Positions 1 to 10,075 of a stretch of 51,530 nucleotides of DNA are shown here, piece by piece. The DNA lies in the IMG/VR virus record IMGVR_UViG_3300015360_000058, positions 1 through 51,530 of that record; one strand, 5' to 3'. How positions within the stretch are numbered: position 1 is the first letter of the stretch; the number at the start of each line of letters is the position of its first letter. This DNA is from a virus. Lineage: Duplodnaviria > Caudoviricetes. The notes beneath the pieces were generated by a model, which searched no databases, was not told where the DNA came from, and saw only the letters and a list, made by a program, of their open reading frames with translations. The translations under genes and the position numbers were made by a program.

Positions 1-642
1 AAACGCTTTAAAGTCGGCGGCCTTGTCATGGTCGTTAAAGCTGATGGCGTGTCGCGTTCGTCGGACAACGTCGCGGGGTCTTCTCGTAGAATTACCGCGA
101 TCAGTGGCGACGTAATCACCGTCAACGGTGCGGTCCTAACCGACTCCGACGGTACAGGCGTAGGCGCCGAAGTCTACTTGTCCTACTACGAACCGGCGAC
201 GCGCTCGGCGATCAACAACCCCGTGACCGGCCTTGTTGGCTCCATGTCGTTTGCTGGTTTAACGGCTCAATGTTTCAGAAGCGCTACTATCGCGATCAAA
301 AACGATCACGAATTGGCTAACTACTGTTACGGCTCCGACGCTTTGGCGGCTCCCTTCTTTACTCCCGCAAACCGCGTGACGTGCGAAGTAACCGTCGAGA
401 TGAATATGAACCCGAAGATCCTTCAGTTCTTTAACGAAGTTCAAGAGTTCGACGCTAAGGATTTTACGGCTATACTCGGCAGCGCCTCGGGAAGGCACCT
501 TTCGGTAACTTGCCCTAACATTTTCTTTTCGGTTCCAACGGTTGCGACTCCCGACAGTGGCTCTATCCCTGTGAGCTTTTCGGGCAACGCCTACCAGACC
601 GATATCGACTTAGCCGACGAGGTCACGGTTTCATTCCTTTAA
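1..642 (+). CDS. Major tail (tube) protein, C-terminal part (5' truncated at window start)
   Basis: Frame is open from base 1 (KRFKVGGLVM...); beta-rich tail-tube-like C-terminus; lies directly upstream of chaperone and tape measure genes. Confidence 0.75.
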   Translation, partial: KRFKVGGLVMVVKADGVSRSSDNVAGSSRRITAISGDVITVNGAVLTDSDGTGVGAEVYLSYYEPATRSAINNPVTGLVGSMSFAGLTAQCFRSATIAIKNDHELANYCYGSDALAAPFFTPANRVTCEVTVEMNMNPKILQFFNEVQEFDAKDFTAILGSASGRHLSVTCPNIFFSVPTVATPDSGSIPVSFSGNAYQTDIDLADEVTVSFL

Positions 643-660
643 CTTTCGCTTTTTAGAAGT

Positions 661-703
661 TGAGCCTTACTCTATACTCTAGGGGTAAGGCTCATTTATT
701 TTT
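661..703 (+). terminator. Rho-independent terminator after major tail gene
   Basis: TGAGCCTTAC (661-670) pairs with GTAAGGCTCA (685-694), followed by TTTATTTTT. Confidence 0.7.
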
Positions 704-743
704 GTCGTATCGGTTAGGTAGACACTTTTCAGGGAGAAAAGCT

Positions 744-1181
744 ATGGCAGTTGATTTCGGTTCGGTAGGAGAGGAAACGGTCAAAGTTATTTTGTCTTGT
801 GACAAGGCGATAGGAGCCGACGGCGACTACGACGCCTATATCGGTTCCCTCGACGAGACGCTCCTTAAATTAGAAGGAGAGCCGACACGTTTTTTAATGA
901 AGAAAAGACTTAAATACAAAGTATCTGAAAAACTAAAAAAGCAGCAAATGGACTACTCCGACACGGGCGGAGCTAAGGTTAACGGCGCCTTCTATATGGA
1001 GGACGTGCGAATGCGTTGGTGCGGTATAGAAAACTCTACACAGGAGTTTAAAAAAGATGGCGACGGCGGCGCATCTTTCGAGATGATGGAGAAGCTCGAG
1101 GCCCTCGGCGGCGTCCTTGAACTTTACGCCGGCTGCATGGTTTCAATAAAATCAAGTCGAGACGACCTCAAAAAAAAATAA
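744..1181 (+). CDS. Tail assembly chaperone (gpG-like)
   Basis: AGGGAG RBS before ATG 744; position between tail tube and tape measure; ends in A9 slippery run before TAA. Confidence 0.8.
   Translation: MAVDFGSVGEETVKVILSCDKAIGADGDYDAYIGSLDETLLKLEGEPTRFLMKKRLKYKVSEKLKKQQMDYSDTGGAKVNGAFYMEDVRMRWCGIENSTQEFKKDGDGGASFEMMEKLEALGGVLELYAGCMVSIKSSRDDLKKK
1170..1178 (+). other. Programmed -1 ribosomal frameshift site (A9 run)
   Basis: CTC AAA AAA AAA TAA; the -1 frame is open from 1178 into ORF 1301..1624. Confidence 0.8.
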
Positions 1182-1624
1182 TAGCACTCACCGAAATTAG
1201 TTACGCAGACCACGCCGAGTTAAAAAAAACCGGGCGTGGTTTTAACTGTAACGAATGTCCGGTTAACGTCCAAAAACTGCGCCGTTGTCGAGAAAAACGC
1301 ATGGACTTCACCGAGGCCGACGGTTCCTTGTGGCCGATGTATGTCGAGAAGGGTGGCGAGCTTTATAATTTTTGTCCCGGCAAAGCTCAGTGGGACCACG
1401 AGGCCGTCGCCGTTCACCGGTTACTCATTATCGCTGCGGAAACTGGTACAATGTTAGAGGAGGGCGGCATTGCCGACCAGCCAGAGTGGTGGGTCGAGCT
1501 TCTATCTTTTTTCTTGGTGCGGTACGACCAGACGAAGTTTTACACCCGCGCCAATGCTATACTTGGGAATCAAAAAGTAGCGGGCGCAACGTCTAAAGGC
1601 CAAGGAGCAAAGCGTGGCAAGTAA
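1178..1624 (+). CDS. Tail assembly chaperone frameshift extension (gpT-like part of gpGT)
   Basis: -1 frame reads IIALTEISYADHAELKKTGRGFNCNECPVNVQKLRRCREKRMDFTE... without a stop and ends overlapping the tape measure start. Confidence 0.75.
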   Translation: MIALTEISYADHAELKKTGRGFNCNECPVNVQKLRRCREKRMDFTEADGSLWPMYVEKGGELYNFCPGKAQWDHEAVAVHRLLIIAAETGTMLEEGGIADQPEWWVELLSFFLVRYDQTKFYTRANAILGNQKVAGATSKGQGAKRGK

Positions 1625-4600
1625 CGTTGAAGACTTAATTATAAAAATACAGGCCGACACGACAAACACGTCGGCTTCTATGAAAGTCTTAGTTGACCAG
1701 CTGGCGGCACTGCGCGCTGGTATGGAAGGCGTTAAGACGTCGACCCAAGGTGTCGAAAGTAAACTAGGCGGCTTCGGCGCGGCGATGATCGTCATGCGTT
1801 CGACGATTGAGAACGCTAAGATGGCGTTTGACCTAATTAGCGCAGCTGCGGAAAAAACTGTCGGCGCTTTTCTTAAGTCTGAAGACGGTATCATCCGTCT
1901 ATCCAACACGATGAGGACACTCGGCGAGAAGGATATCAAGTCGGCGGTTGCTGGGTTTAAAGAGTTTGCCGCGCAGATGCAGGAGACGACCTCCGTCGAG
2001 GACGACCAAGTAATCTCGCTGCTTAACATTGCGAAGGCCGCCGGGGTTTCTAACGAACAGGCGAAGATTCTTATAAAAACTTCTGCCGACCTTGCGGCGA
2101 CGGGAAGAGGCGACTTGACGTCTGCCTTTAACGGTTTGTTAAAGTCCCTTAAGGGTTCAACCATGGGCCTTTCGGTTATGGTGCCCGAACTTGTCGACAT
2201 GAATAAAGAGGCGGCAAAGGCGGGCGACGCAATTAGGTACGTCCAGGCAACGCTTGGTGGACTGGCCGAAAATGAACTTAAGACAACCGCTGGTCAATTA
2301 GCGCAAGCGTCTAACCGATTTTCAGACCTACAAGAAGGCGTCGGAGAGGCCATCGCCGCGATGCTTGGCATGAAACCCGGCGTGAGCATTATTAATGAAC
2401 TTGTTAAAAACATGTCCATAATTTTTAACGAAAACAAAGAAACGATAATAAAGTACGGCAAGGAAGTTGTCGACGTGTTCAAGGGTCTTTACGCGGCGTT
2501 TTCTATACTGAAAGACAACCTTGTCGTCGTCGCTCAGGCGGCTGGACTTGCTGCGGCGGCGTTTGGTCTAGCCTTCCTAGCACTGAAAACTTCTGCCGTC
2601 GGCGCTGCGTCGACCAGTATTCTTACGATGGCTAGGGCATGGGGTGCCGCTCAAGTAGCGAGTCTAGGTTTCGCTATTCAAATGGGACTCGTGGCCTTGG
2701 GTATAGTTACGGTTATCGTTGCTATAGATTTATTAATTAAAAACTTAACTAACTTACCTAATTTATTTTCGTCGGTTATGAACACGATCATGACCGGTCT
2801 CGGCGTAGTGGCCGAGGCGATTGTTTCGTTTACGGGTAACGAGGAACTAAAGAAAAAAGTTGAAGAGTTTACCAACTTCTCGGCAGCGAAAGCGGTCGAA
2901 GCCGGTAAGGATATCAACACGGGGATCGGCGGAAGTATCGTCGAACAAATAGGGAAAATGAAAGGCGAGTGGTCGAAGGCTACGGCAGAGCTATCGACGA
3001 CAAAAATCGGGGTGGACGTTGACACCGGTGGAGGCCCTAAAAGCGCTAAGCCGACTATCGTTTCGCAAGCTACGATCACCGCACTTGAAGAGATCGACAA
3101 AAAAAACAAGGAACTCGGCTCTACAATAGCTCAAGCCGACATGCTGCAAATCGACAGGCTACAAGAAAAAAGCAGACTAGAACAAGAAGCCTTCGCTGCA
3201 AAATATAAGGCCCTCGGTATTACGCGCGAAAACAACGCGATGCTAGACGAAACCCTTAAGAAGATGCAGTCCATAACCGACGAGGAGTCGAAGAAGGCTC
3301 CTTCGCGCGAGTTTGAGACCGCACAAAAAGGCGGGACAGACATAGCGAAACAAATTAGCGGAGCGTTTGCGGGGGGTCTATCCGGTGTGGCCGGTGCCGT
3401 TACCGGCATGATGTCGGCGGCGGGAGCTGTGATGGAAGCCGTGAGTGGCGCTGTTGCTTTCGTCCAAAAACTTATCGACTTCATACCTGCGATTCTTAAC
3501 GCGGTGGCTAATATTTTCAACACACTAGCCGACTTACCTTTAAAAGTTTTAGAGGGAGTTAAAAACGTGTTCAAAGGACTCGGCAAGTTTATAACCGACT
3601 TCCTGCCGAACCTTATTACTTCTATCGTAGATGTGTTTTTTACAATTTTAAAAGGTCTTTTTATAGAATTGCCTAAAGCCTTCATGCAATTATTTAAGAC
3701 TCTTCCCGGACTTATCCTAGACGTTATTAAGGACATCCCGACGCTCGTAGCCGAAGTCGTCGAGGGGCTGATTAGCTTCATGCCTGAAATGGCTATTTCG
3801 TTTGTGAATTCAATCGTAGCGAACGCTCCTAAAATAATGTTTGCTATCGCTCGACTTTTTTACGTCGAGATTCCTAAGGCAATTATTCGCGGCGTTATTA
3901 ACGGGATCCAAAAAATAGCTTCAGCTTTCGGTAGTTTATTTAAGGGTGGCGCTAAGGTCGAGATCGACACGAAGCAAGCTACCGAGGCGATGAAGAAAGC
4001 CGCGAAAGCGCTAACCGGCGAGGCTGGCAAACTGTTTAAGGTTATGGACTTGACCGACGGACCAATCGGCGACAAGGCGAAGTCGTTACTTCAGGATGTC
4101 GAAGACGCCGGCGACAACGTAAAAAATTGGTTACTCGAAGCGTGGCAATATATTCTCGATCGGTTAAACGCCTTCGTGAGCGTCCTTAAAGATACTTGGG
4201 ATAATATTATTAACGCTCTTAAAGAAGTCTGGAACTTTGTTAAAGGGTTTTTAGAGGCTTTCGTTTCGGCGTTTAAAGGTATTACCGAAGCTTTAAAGCA
4301 AGTCGTCACGCAAATTACGGACGCAGGAAAACAAATCTGGGAAGGTTTTGTAAGTCTTGCCGGACAGGCTGGCCAGTTTTTTACTAACATGGGCGCAAAT
4401 ATTTGGGACGGTTTAAAATCTGGCCTCAGCAACCTCGGACCAATATTTGAGAACGCACTAAACGCTATAAATCCTAGTAACCTTTTGCAGAAGATGTTCG
4501 CCAACGTCGGCCAGGGAAAAGGCAGCGTCGAGGAAGCTCTTTCGAAACTTACGCGAAGTAATATCGACGTTCCTTTTGCTAACTTTGCGGCCGGTGGTCG

Positions 4601-5396
4601 CGTCCCTGGTACGGCAGTCGTTGGCGGCGACAGTATTATGAACGACCGCGTTCTCGCGTTGCTATCTCCCGGCGAGGCCGTGATACCTAGATCGCTGATG
4701 AAAAACAAGGCGATTCAAAGCATCGTCGACAACGTGCTAGAGGGCAACATCAAGCCGCAAGCTTTTAGGGCTGGCGGCTGGGTTGGACAGCAACAGGACA
4801 AAGCAGCCAGTGCCGACCCGACAACGGGCGGTGGTGGAATTGCCGGTAAGATTGTGCGTAACGCTGCCGGCGAAATAACGAGCGTCGCTCAGGACGCCTA
4901 TACTTCGGGACAAGAGGCCGCGAACCAAGCTGCACAGGCCGCGAACGACGCCGGAGGCTACGCATCAGAAAAGTACAAGGCCGCAGTCAAGTGGCTAGAA
5001 CAATTCGACCCGTCGAAGCTTTGGGATCAACTTAAAGAGAGAGGTTTTAATTCTTTAGGCGATATGTGGACCAACGCACCTCTATTCCATGAAGGCGGTG
5101 TTATCGGCGGGCAAGGAGACGTGCCCGTAATCGGCCAAGCCAATGAGTTTATTATCCGGCGTCCCGCTGTTAAAAGTCTCGGTCTTGGGAATCTTTCTGA
5201 GATGAACAGAACTGGTCGTTTGCCTGACAGCGGAGGGGTGGTAAGCAATTTTGACGTGACTATCAATATCACGGCTGGTGGGACACCCGACGAACGATTC
5301 ATCAGAAATACGATGGTTCCAATGATCAAGGAAGAATTGCGTAGAGCTTCCCTCGACGGTCAACGGGTGGTTTACAAAAGCGGGGTTAGGGGATGA
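1614..5396 (+). CDS. Tail tape measure protein
   Basis: 1260 aa, Ala/Gly-rich helical protein with hydrophobic segments, Trp/Phe-periodic repeats, and C-terminal FAAGG...LSPGEAVIP motif. Confidence 0.92.
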   Translation: MASNVEDLIIKIQADTTNTSASMKVLVDQLAALRAGMEGVKTSTQGVESKLGGFGAAMIVMRSTIENAKMAFDLISAAAEKTVGAFLKSEDGIIRLSNTMRTLGEKDIKSAVAGFKEFAAQMQETTSVEDDQVISLLNIAKAAGVSNEQAKILIKTSADLAATGRGDLTSAFNGLLKSLKGSTMGLSVMVPELVDMNKEAAKAGDAIRYVQATLGGLAENELKTTAGQLAQASNRFSDLQEGVGEAIAAMLGMKPGVSIINELVKNMSIIFNENKETIIKYGKEVVDVFKGLYAAFSILKDNLVVVAQAAGLAAAAFGLAFLALKTSAVGAASTSILTMARAWGAAQVASLGFAIQMGLVALGIVTVIVAIDLLIKNLTNLPNLFSSVMNTIMTGLGVVAEAIVSFTGNEELKKKVEEFTNFSAAKAVEAGKDINTGIGGSIVEQIGKMKGEWSKATAELSTTKIGVDVDTGGGPKSAKPTIVSQATITALEEIDKKNKELGSTIAQADMLQIDRLQEKSRLEQEAFAAKYKALGITRENNAMLDETLKKMQSITDEESKKAPSREFETAQKGGTDIAKQISGAFAGGLSGVAGAVTGMMSAAGAVMEAVSGAVAFVQKLIDFIPAILNAVANIFNTLADLPLKVLEGVKNVFKGLGKFITDFLPNLITSIVDVFFTILKGLFIELPKAFMQLFKTLPGLILDVIKDIPTLVAEVVEGLISFMPEMAISFVNSIVANAPKIMFAIARLFYVEIPKAIIRGVINGIQKIASAFGSLFKGGAKVEIDTKQATEAMKKAAKALTGEAGKLFKVMDLTDGPIGDKAKSLLQDVEDAGDNVKNWLLEAWQYILDRLNAFVSVLKDTWDNIINALKEVWNFVKGFLEAFVSAFKGITEALKQVVTQITDAGKQIWEGFVSLAGQAGQFFTNMGANIWDGLKSGLSNLGPIFENALNAINPSNLLQKMFANVGQGKGSVEEALSKLTRSNIDVPFANFAAGGRVPGTAVVGGDSIMNDRVLALLSPGEAVIPRSLMKNKAIQSIVDNVLEGNIKPQAFRAGGWVGQQQDKAASADPTTGGGGIAGKIVRNAAGEITSVAQDAYTSGQEAANQAAQAANDAGGYASEKYKAAVKWLEQFDPSKLWDQLKERGFNSLGDMWTNAPLFHEGGVIGGQGDVPVIGQANEFIIRRPAVKSLGLGNLSEMNRTGRLPDSGGVVSNFDVTINITAGGTPDERFIRNTMVPMIKEELRRASLDGQRVVYKSGVRG

Positions 5397-6976
5397 GTGC
5401 AAACGTAACGGAATTCGGCTACCTAGAAAGACCTTACTTAGTTGACGCTTACGCGGTTTCGACTGCGACATACGGCCACCCTTCACAGGTCCAGCTTGCA
5501 ATTGGTGCAAGTAAAAACGTTAGTGGCCAAGTCTCTTTCAGCATCTTAAATTTTCCTCGCGCTACTACGTCACAAGTAAGCCTTCAAACTTCTAACACTC
5601 GTGCGGTTAACGCGCAAGCCACGCTAGGTATATCTTCCGGTAAAAATTTAGGCTCGCAGGCTAACCTTCAGACCTCAGAAATAAAAATAGTTAACGATCA
5701 AGTTCAATTAAAAACATCTGGTGTTCAAGAAGTTAAAGGTCAAACTAATTTATCTATAGACAAGTCTAAGAATTTTAGTTCTCAGTTTGATAGAAGAAAC
5801 ACCGACAGTAGTAAAGTAGAAGCGCAGGCTTCCCTAAAAATAACCAACGCTTTAAATACAAAATACACCGAGTTTAGTATCGGCACGGTTGTCCAAGAAA
5901 TATGCGGCGAGGGCGGCTACCTAACCGGCCCGTACTTGGTTGACGCCTACTTAACGCGTCAAATTTGCACACAACTTTTTTCACAAGTAACCTTAATGAC
6001 GACGCACTCTCAGGACGTAGCGTCGCAGGTTTCACGTAGCTTAACCGATAAAGTAAGCTTCTTAAATTCGCAGACGTTGCGCGGCATCAATAAATCAAAC
6101 AGCTTCGGTTCGCAGTTTGACCGCGTGCAAACGAAGACCTTCGGTTCCCAGGTTTTAAAAGCTTTATACAACGCGACAAATATTCGCGTACTCTACAACT
6201 TCCCGAGTCGCGGAAGTGACGGCCTTAACTGGACGGCTAATAGTACGTTGGCCGGTGATTTTTCTGTCAACAACTTAAACACAGACATCGTCGAGCAACA
6301 GTGGCGCTCTGCGGCGGGAGTTAAAACGGGGATAACTCTTTCATGCGACACGGATATCTCGCAGGGTATTTTCATGGACACACTCGCCGTCTTAAATCAC
6401 AACCTCACGCGGTCGGCTACGGTTAGCCTTCAGGCGTCGAACGACGCGGGGTTTAGTACGATCGGTTTGACGGAAAACTTAACGGTGATCGACGACCCGA
6501 ATATCTACTATATCGCCCCTATACTGCCGACGTCGTCTTTTCGTTACTGGCGCTTTATTATTAACGACTCGACAAACACGGCAAGTAATATCCAAATTGG
6601 TACAATCATTTTTGGTTCCTCAGTTATCTTGCAGGGCGACAACATTACCGACGATGTTTCACGTGACACAGTCCACTTTTCCGACAAGGTTCAGACCGAA
6701 GGTTATACCAACGCGTCAAACGACCGAGCTATTAAATACTCGGTTGGGGTTGAGTTTAAATTTCTTGACTACGAAAAAGGGAATTACAAAAGCCTTGTTA
6801 AAGCATTTAAAACTATTAGAACTTCTTTAAAAGCCTTATGGATACCCGACCCAAAAAACCCGGAGCGTTTCGCCGTCTTCGGTAAGCTTGTAAAAATACC
6901 GACCGAACGCCACAAGGTCATAAGCGCATCGGCCGACTACGTCGCTTTTAACGTCGATATTGACGAGAGTCTATAA
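5393..6976 (+). CDS. Distal tail / baseplate protein with N-terminal repeats
   Basis: Directly after tape measure (ATGA overlap); SQV-type repeats; C-terminal jelly-roll-like region (FRYWRFII). Confidence 0.6.
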   Translation: MSANVTEFGYLERPYLVDAYAVSTATYGHPSQVQLAIGASKNVSGQVSFSILNFPRATTSQVSLQTSNTRAVNAQATLGISSGKNLGSQANLQTSEIKIVNDQVQLKTSGVQEVKGQTNLSIDKSKNFSSQFDRRNTDSSKVEAQASLKITNALNTKYTEFSIGTVVQEICGEGGYLTGPYLVDAYLTRQICTQLFSQVTLMTTHSQDVASQVSRSLTDKVSFLNSQTLRGINKSNSFGSQFDRVQTKTFGSQVLKALYNATNIRVLYNFPSRGSDGLNWTANSTLAGDFSVNNLNTDIVEQQWRSAAGVKTGITLSCDTDISQGIFMDTLAVLNHNLTRSATVSLQASNDAGFSTIGLTENLTVIDDPNIYYIAPILPTSSFRYWRFIINDSTNTASNIQIGTIIFGSSVILQGDNITDDVSRDTVHFSDKVQTEGYTNASNDRAIKYSVGVEFKFLDYEKGNYKSLVKAFKTIRTSLKALWIPDPKNPERFAVFGKLVKIPTERHKVISASADYVAFNVDIDESL

Positions 6977-8922
6977 TGAGCGGCACCGATAGAAGAAAAT
7001 ATCTTACCGCGACAACGCTCGATCAAGAGCTGCTCGATTGGAGTCACGACAACTTAGAGTGTCGCCTCGAGTTTGCCGCGCAAATAGAAACCCCGACAGG
7101 GACCATTTACGTGTCGGACCGCAACAAGTACGTAGGGAGTGATTTTTATGAAGCACTTGTGGTTTTCCCCGTCCTCAACCGTACAGTGGGCGATTGGCTC
7201 GCTCCTGAACTTTCTTTCTCAACGCTTACCCTCGAACTCTCAAATGCTGACGGGCGATTTAACAACATTCTCCCAGGAGGTGCCGACTACACCTCGTGGA
7301 TCGGTAAAGCCGTTACGGTCCAAATCGGACTCGCCGAAGTCGCCTCTACCTACAAAACTATCTACCAAGGGACGATCACGGAAGTCGGCGGGATAAGACG
7401 CGGCGTTAAGTCGATTACGATTATTTCGAGGGATCGATACGACCGCATGGCGACAACGATGCCGACGGAAACCATTAACCGTACCGAGTTCCCGAAGGTC
7501 GAAGACGACGTCTCGGGCGTTATAAAACCACTCATTTACGGCGACTACACGGCGGCGATAGAGCCGTCGCCGGCTATCGTACCGGCCTTCGTCGTTAACG
7601 GTCGCGACCCGTCGGTCGCCTACAAAGACGTCGACGTAGATATTACGATCTCGGGTTCCTTCTTTACAGCGCTTAACCACTCGCTCGACTCTGGCGATAA
7701 GGTTCAGTTTAAAACCGGAGGTTCCCTGCCGACAGGCCTTTCCGTGGCGACCGACTACTACGTAATCAACGCCGGCACCGACACGTTTCAGGTTTCGACA
7801 ACTCCGGGTGGATCCGCAGTAGGTCTATCGGGCGGGCAGTCTGGAAGTCACACGTTTCTGTCATTTGACGCGCGCGGTAACGTGAAGTGTCTGGTTTCGG
7901 TTAACGACCTAACATCCCTCGACACGGCGCAGGTTTGGATGCTGCGCTCGGAGGCCTACTACCGCGTAGACCCTGCCGACGTCGTATCGGTCGGCTCTGG
8001 AAACAAGACGTTCGAGGTGCGCCAGAATACGGCCAACCTTTGGGTTGAAGGCGTAGCGTTTTTGTACGTCCCGCAAGATAAGTTTTTCGTGCGGTGCAAG
8101 GGGAAAAGTCTTTCAGGTTACGACGACAACATTGTCGCGCAAGCAAAAGATATCCTAAAAACTTACGGCGGCCTTATCGACGCCGACTTTGACGCCAACT
8201 GGGCGACCTACATGGCGAAGACTTCCCCGCCGCAATCGGCCCTTGCTACGATAAAAAGCCGCGCGTGGGTCAACGAAGCAACGCCCGCTATTACCTACGT
8301 CTTGTCGATGTTTGAACAGGTACGCCTCGAGGCTTTTATTAGTAGAAACCAAAAACTAAAGATAAATAGTCTACACTTCGAGGACTTTGCACCGTCGCCG
8401 ACGTTTATTCTAAAAAACTGGGACGTGGTAAAAAACACGTTTACGCCGCAACTCGACGAGGTCAACAACTTTAACCGTGCCCAGGGGACGTTTGACTTCC
8501 ACCCGGACAGGAACGAGAACGCTCGTAACACGGCTATTTTTAAAAACACGGCCTCAGTAACCCAAGTAGGAAAACAGATATCGAAGAGGGTTGTTTTTCC
8601 AAACCTTTACGTCGAGGCCGAGGTGGTCCTTAACCTTAAAGAAATACTGAGACTAGCGTCGTCGATGTTTGAGTCAATAAATGTGACGACAACCTGGAGA
8701 TCTTTTTTGTTGGATGTTGGTGATTTTATCTTAATTGATGTTAAAATTGGCAGTGTAATTTTCAATGAAGTCCCGGCCATGGTGAGAATCATCGGAGCAG
8801 ACCCCGACGGGTTAAAGATTCCTATGAAGCTGTGGAGTTTCGCAATGGTTCCTTTTCCAGGATATGAACCTGGGTACAACGGGACGACCGGCGGCTATAA
8901 TGCCTCGGTGGTTCAAGAATAA
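6976..8922 (+). CDS. Tail hub / baseplate protein
   Basis: 648 aa in tail module; LSNADGRF and PLIYGD motifs; inserted small beta domain (HSLDSGDKVQF...DYYVINAGTDTFQVS). Confidence 0.65.
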   Translation: MSGTDRRKYLTATTLDQELLDWSHDNLECRLEFAAQIETPTGTIYVSDRNKYVGSDFYEALVVFPVLNRTVGDWLAPELSFSTLTLELSNADGRFNNILPGGADYTSWIGKAVTVQIGLAEVASTYKTIYQGTITEVGGIRRGVKSITIISRDRYDRMATTMPTETINRTEFPKVEDDVSGVIKPLIYGDYTAAIEPSPAIVPAFVVNGRDPSVAYKDVDVDITISGSFFTALNHSLDSGDKVQFKTGGSLPTGLSVATDYYVINAGTDTFQVSTTPGGSAVGLSGGQSGSHTFLSFDARGNVKCLVSVNDLTSLDTAQVWMLRSEAYYRVDPADVVSVGSGNKTFEVRQNTANLWVEGVAFLYVPQDKFFVRCKGKSLSGYDDNIVAQAKDILKTYGGLIDADFDANWATYMAKTSPPQSALATIKSRAWVNEATPAITYVLSMFEQVRLEAFISRNQKLKINSLHFEDFAPSPTFILKNWDVVKNTFTPQLDEVNNFNRAQGTFDFHPDRNENARNTAIFKNTASVTQVGKQISKRVVFPNLYVEAEVVLNLKEILRLASSMFESINVTTTWRSFLLDVGDFILIDVKIGSVIFNEVPAMVRIIGADPDGLKIPMKLWSFAMVPFPGYEPGYNGTTGGYNASVVQE

Positions 8923-8974
8923 AAACTGACCGGCAAGGATCGCTGGTCAACACACAACCAAGGAGGGTTTCCCG

Positions 8975-9646
8975 ATGGCAGTAGTTCTAACAGTTTCCGA
9001 GACCGTAACAGGATCCGACGCATCCGACGCACTTGCCGGCGGTAGCACTGGTGTTGATTTCGGCCAAGTTTCAAACGGACTCTTTACGCCGTTTACAAAC
9101 CAAGCGGCAAACACCGGACACCAAGATATCTACGTTCGTCACGACGCGACCGTAGATCCTATTACGTCCCTAAAGTTTTACACGGCTCAGTTCAGCGGCA
9201 CCTACGGCGGCGCGGTTTCTGCGGTGGCCGACATCGCGACGTTGCTCGCCCTCGGAGCGGCTAACAGTGGAGCGGATAAAAACAACGTCGACGGCCTTTC
9301 TCGCGGCCTACATATCGACATGGATTGGCAGGTTTCCACGACCAACCAATTCGACCCAACGCGCGAGGCGTCTGGTCAAAAGCGTATCGTCGGAAAAAGT
9401 TACTCGGGTTTAACCGGCGCATCTTTGGCCCTCGGGTTTCCTATGCACGTTGACGCGATGAGCTACTGGAACGGTTCCTCGGAAGTCGACGCTACGACGC
9501 CCGTCGCGGGGTCCGTCGGCAAATCTTCGGACACGGTCCTCGGGAACCGTGCACACTTCAGAGGCCGCATTTACTTACACACGGCGGCAGTAGACGGCGG
9601 TATTTTACAGTTTAACTCTGTGTTAGGATTTTCGTACACCGCCTAA
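8975..9646 (+). CDS. Putative virion structural protein
   Basis: Strong AAGGAGG RBS; Gly/Ser/Thr-rich; in tail module. Confidence 0.5.
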   Translation: MAVVLTVSETVTGSDASDALAGGSTGVDFGQVSNGLFTPFTNQAANTGHQDIYVRHDATVDPITSLKFYTAQFSGTYGGAVSAVADIATLLALGAANSGADKNNVDGLSRGLHIDMDWQVSTTNQFDPTREASGQKRIVGKSYSGLTGASLALGFPMHVDAMSYWNGSSEVDATTPVAGSVGKSSDTVLGNRAHFRGRIYLHTAAVDGGILQFNSVLGFSYTA

Positions 9647-9659
9647 TTAAGGATTACGC

Positions 9660-10064
9660 ATGTACCAGCCGCATGGTTCTTTGTATTTATTACGTTGGCG
9701 TTTCGACTTCGCAGGTAAACCGTGCCGCTACGGCATGTGGTCGCTTCCCGCGACTCGCGAACAGGACATGGCGAGCCGAGTCAATACCGAGAACCTTGTG
9801 GCTGCATCGATAGAGGGTAAAGACGTCCAGACGAGGGCGGTTAAAACTTTGGTCGAATGTGACGGGCATGATTTTGTGGTTTTCGAATGGAACGCGGCCT
9901 ACGTCGGCGGGATCAATCCCGCTAAGGGTGGACTACAAATGACCGTTGGCCTTAAACTAGTGACACGAGATCTAGAAATAAATGTTTACCCGTCGGGCGA
10001 CGTGCAGGTTGTGCGACGTTCAGATGATCACAAGAAAATTAATTTTGCCGCGTTCGGCAAGTAG
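9660..10064 (+). CDS. Hypothetical protein (tail module)
   Basis: ORF with AAGGA RBS, co-oriented with neighbours. Confidence 0.55.
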   Translation: MYQPHGSLYLLRWRFDFAGKPCRYGMWSLPATREQDMASRVNTENLVAASIEGKDVQTRAVKTLVECDGHDFVVFEWNAAYVGGINPAKGGLQMTVGLKLVTRDLEINVYPSGDVQVVRRSDDHKKINFAAFGK

Positions 10065-10075
10065 GAGTTTTAAAA

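Noticed and set aside
660-743. TTG-started N-terminal extension of the tail chaperone
   Set aside because: Overlaps a terminator hairpin; ATG 744 has a good RBS
1502-5510. Many long minus-strand ORFs opposite the tape measure and other structural genes
   Set aside because: Antisense shadows of strongly biased coding sequence; no RBS or recognisable motifs
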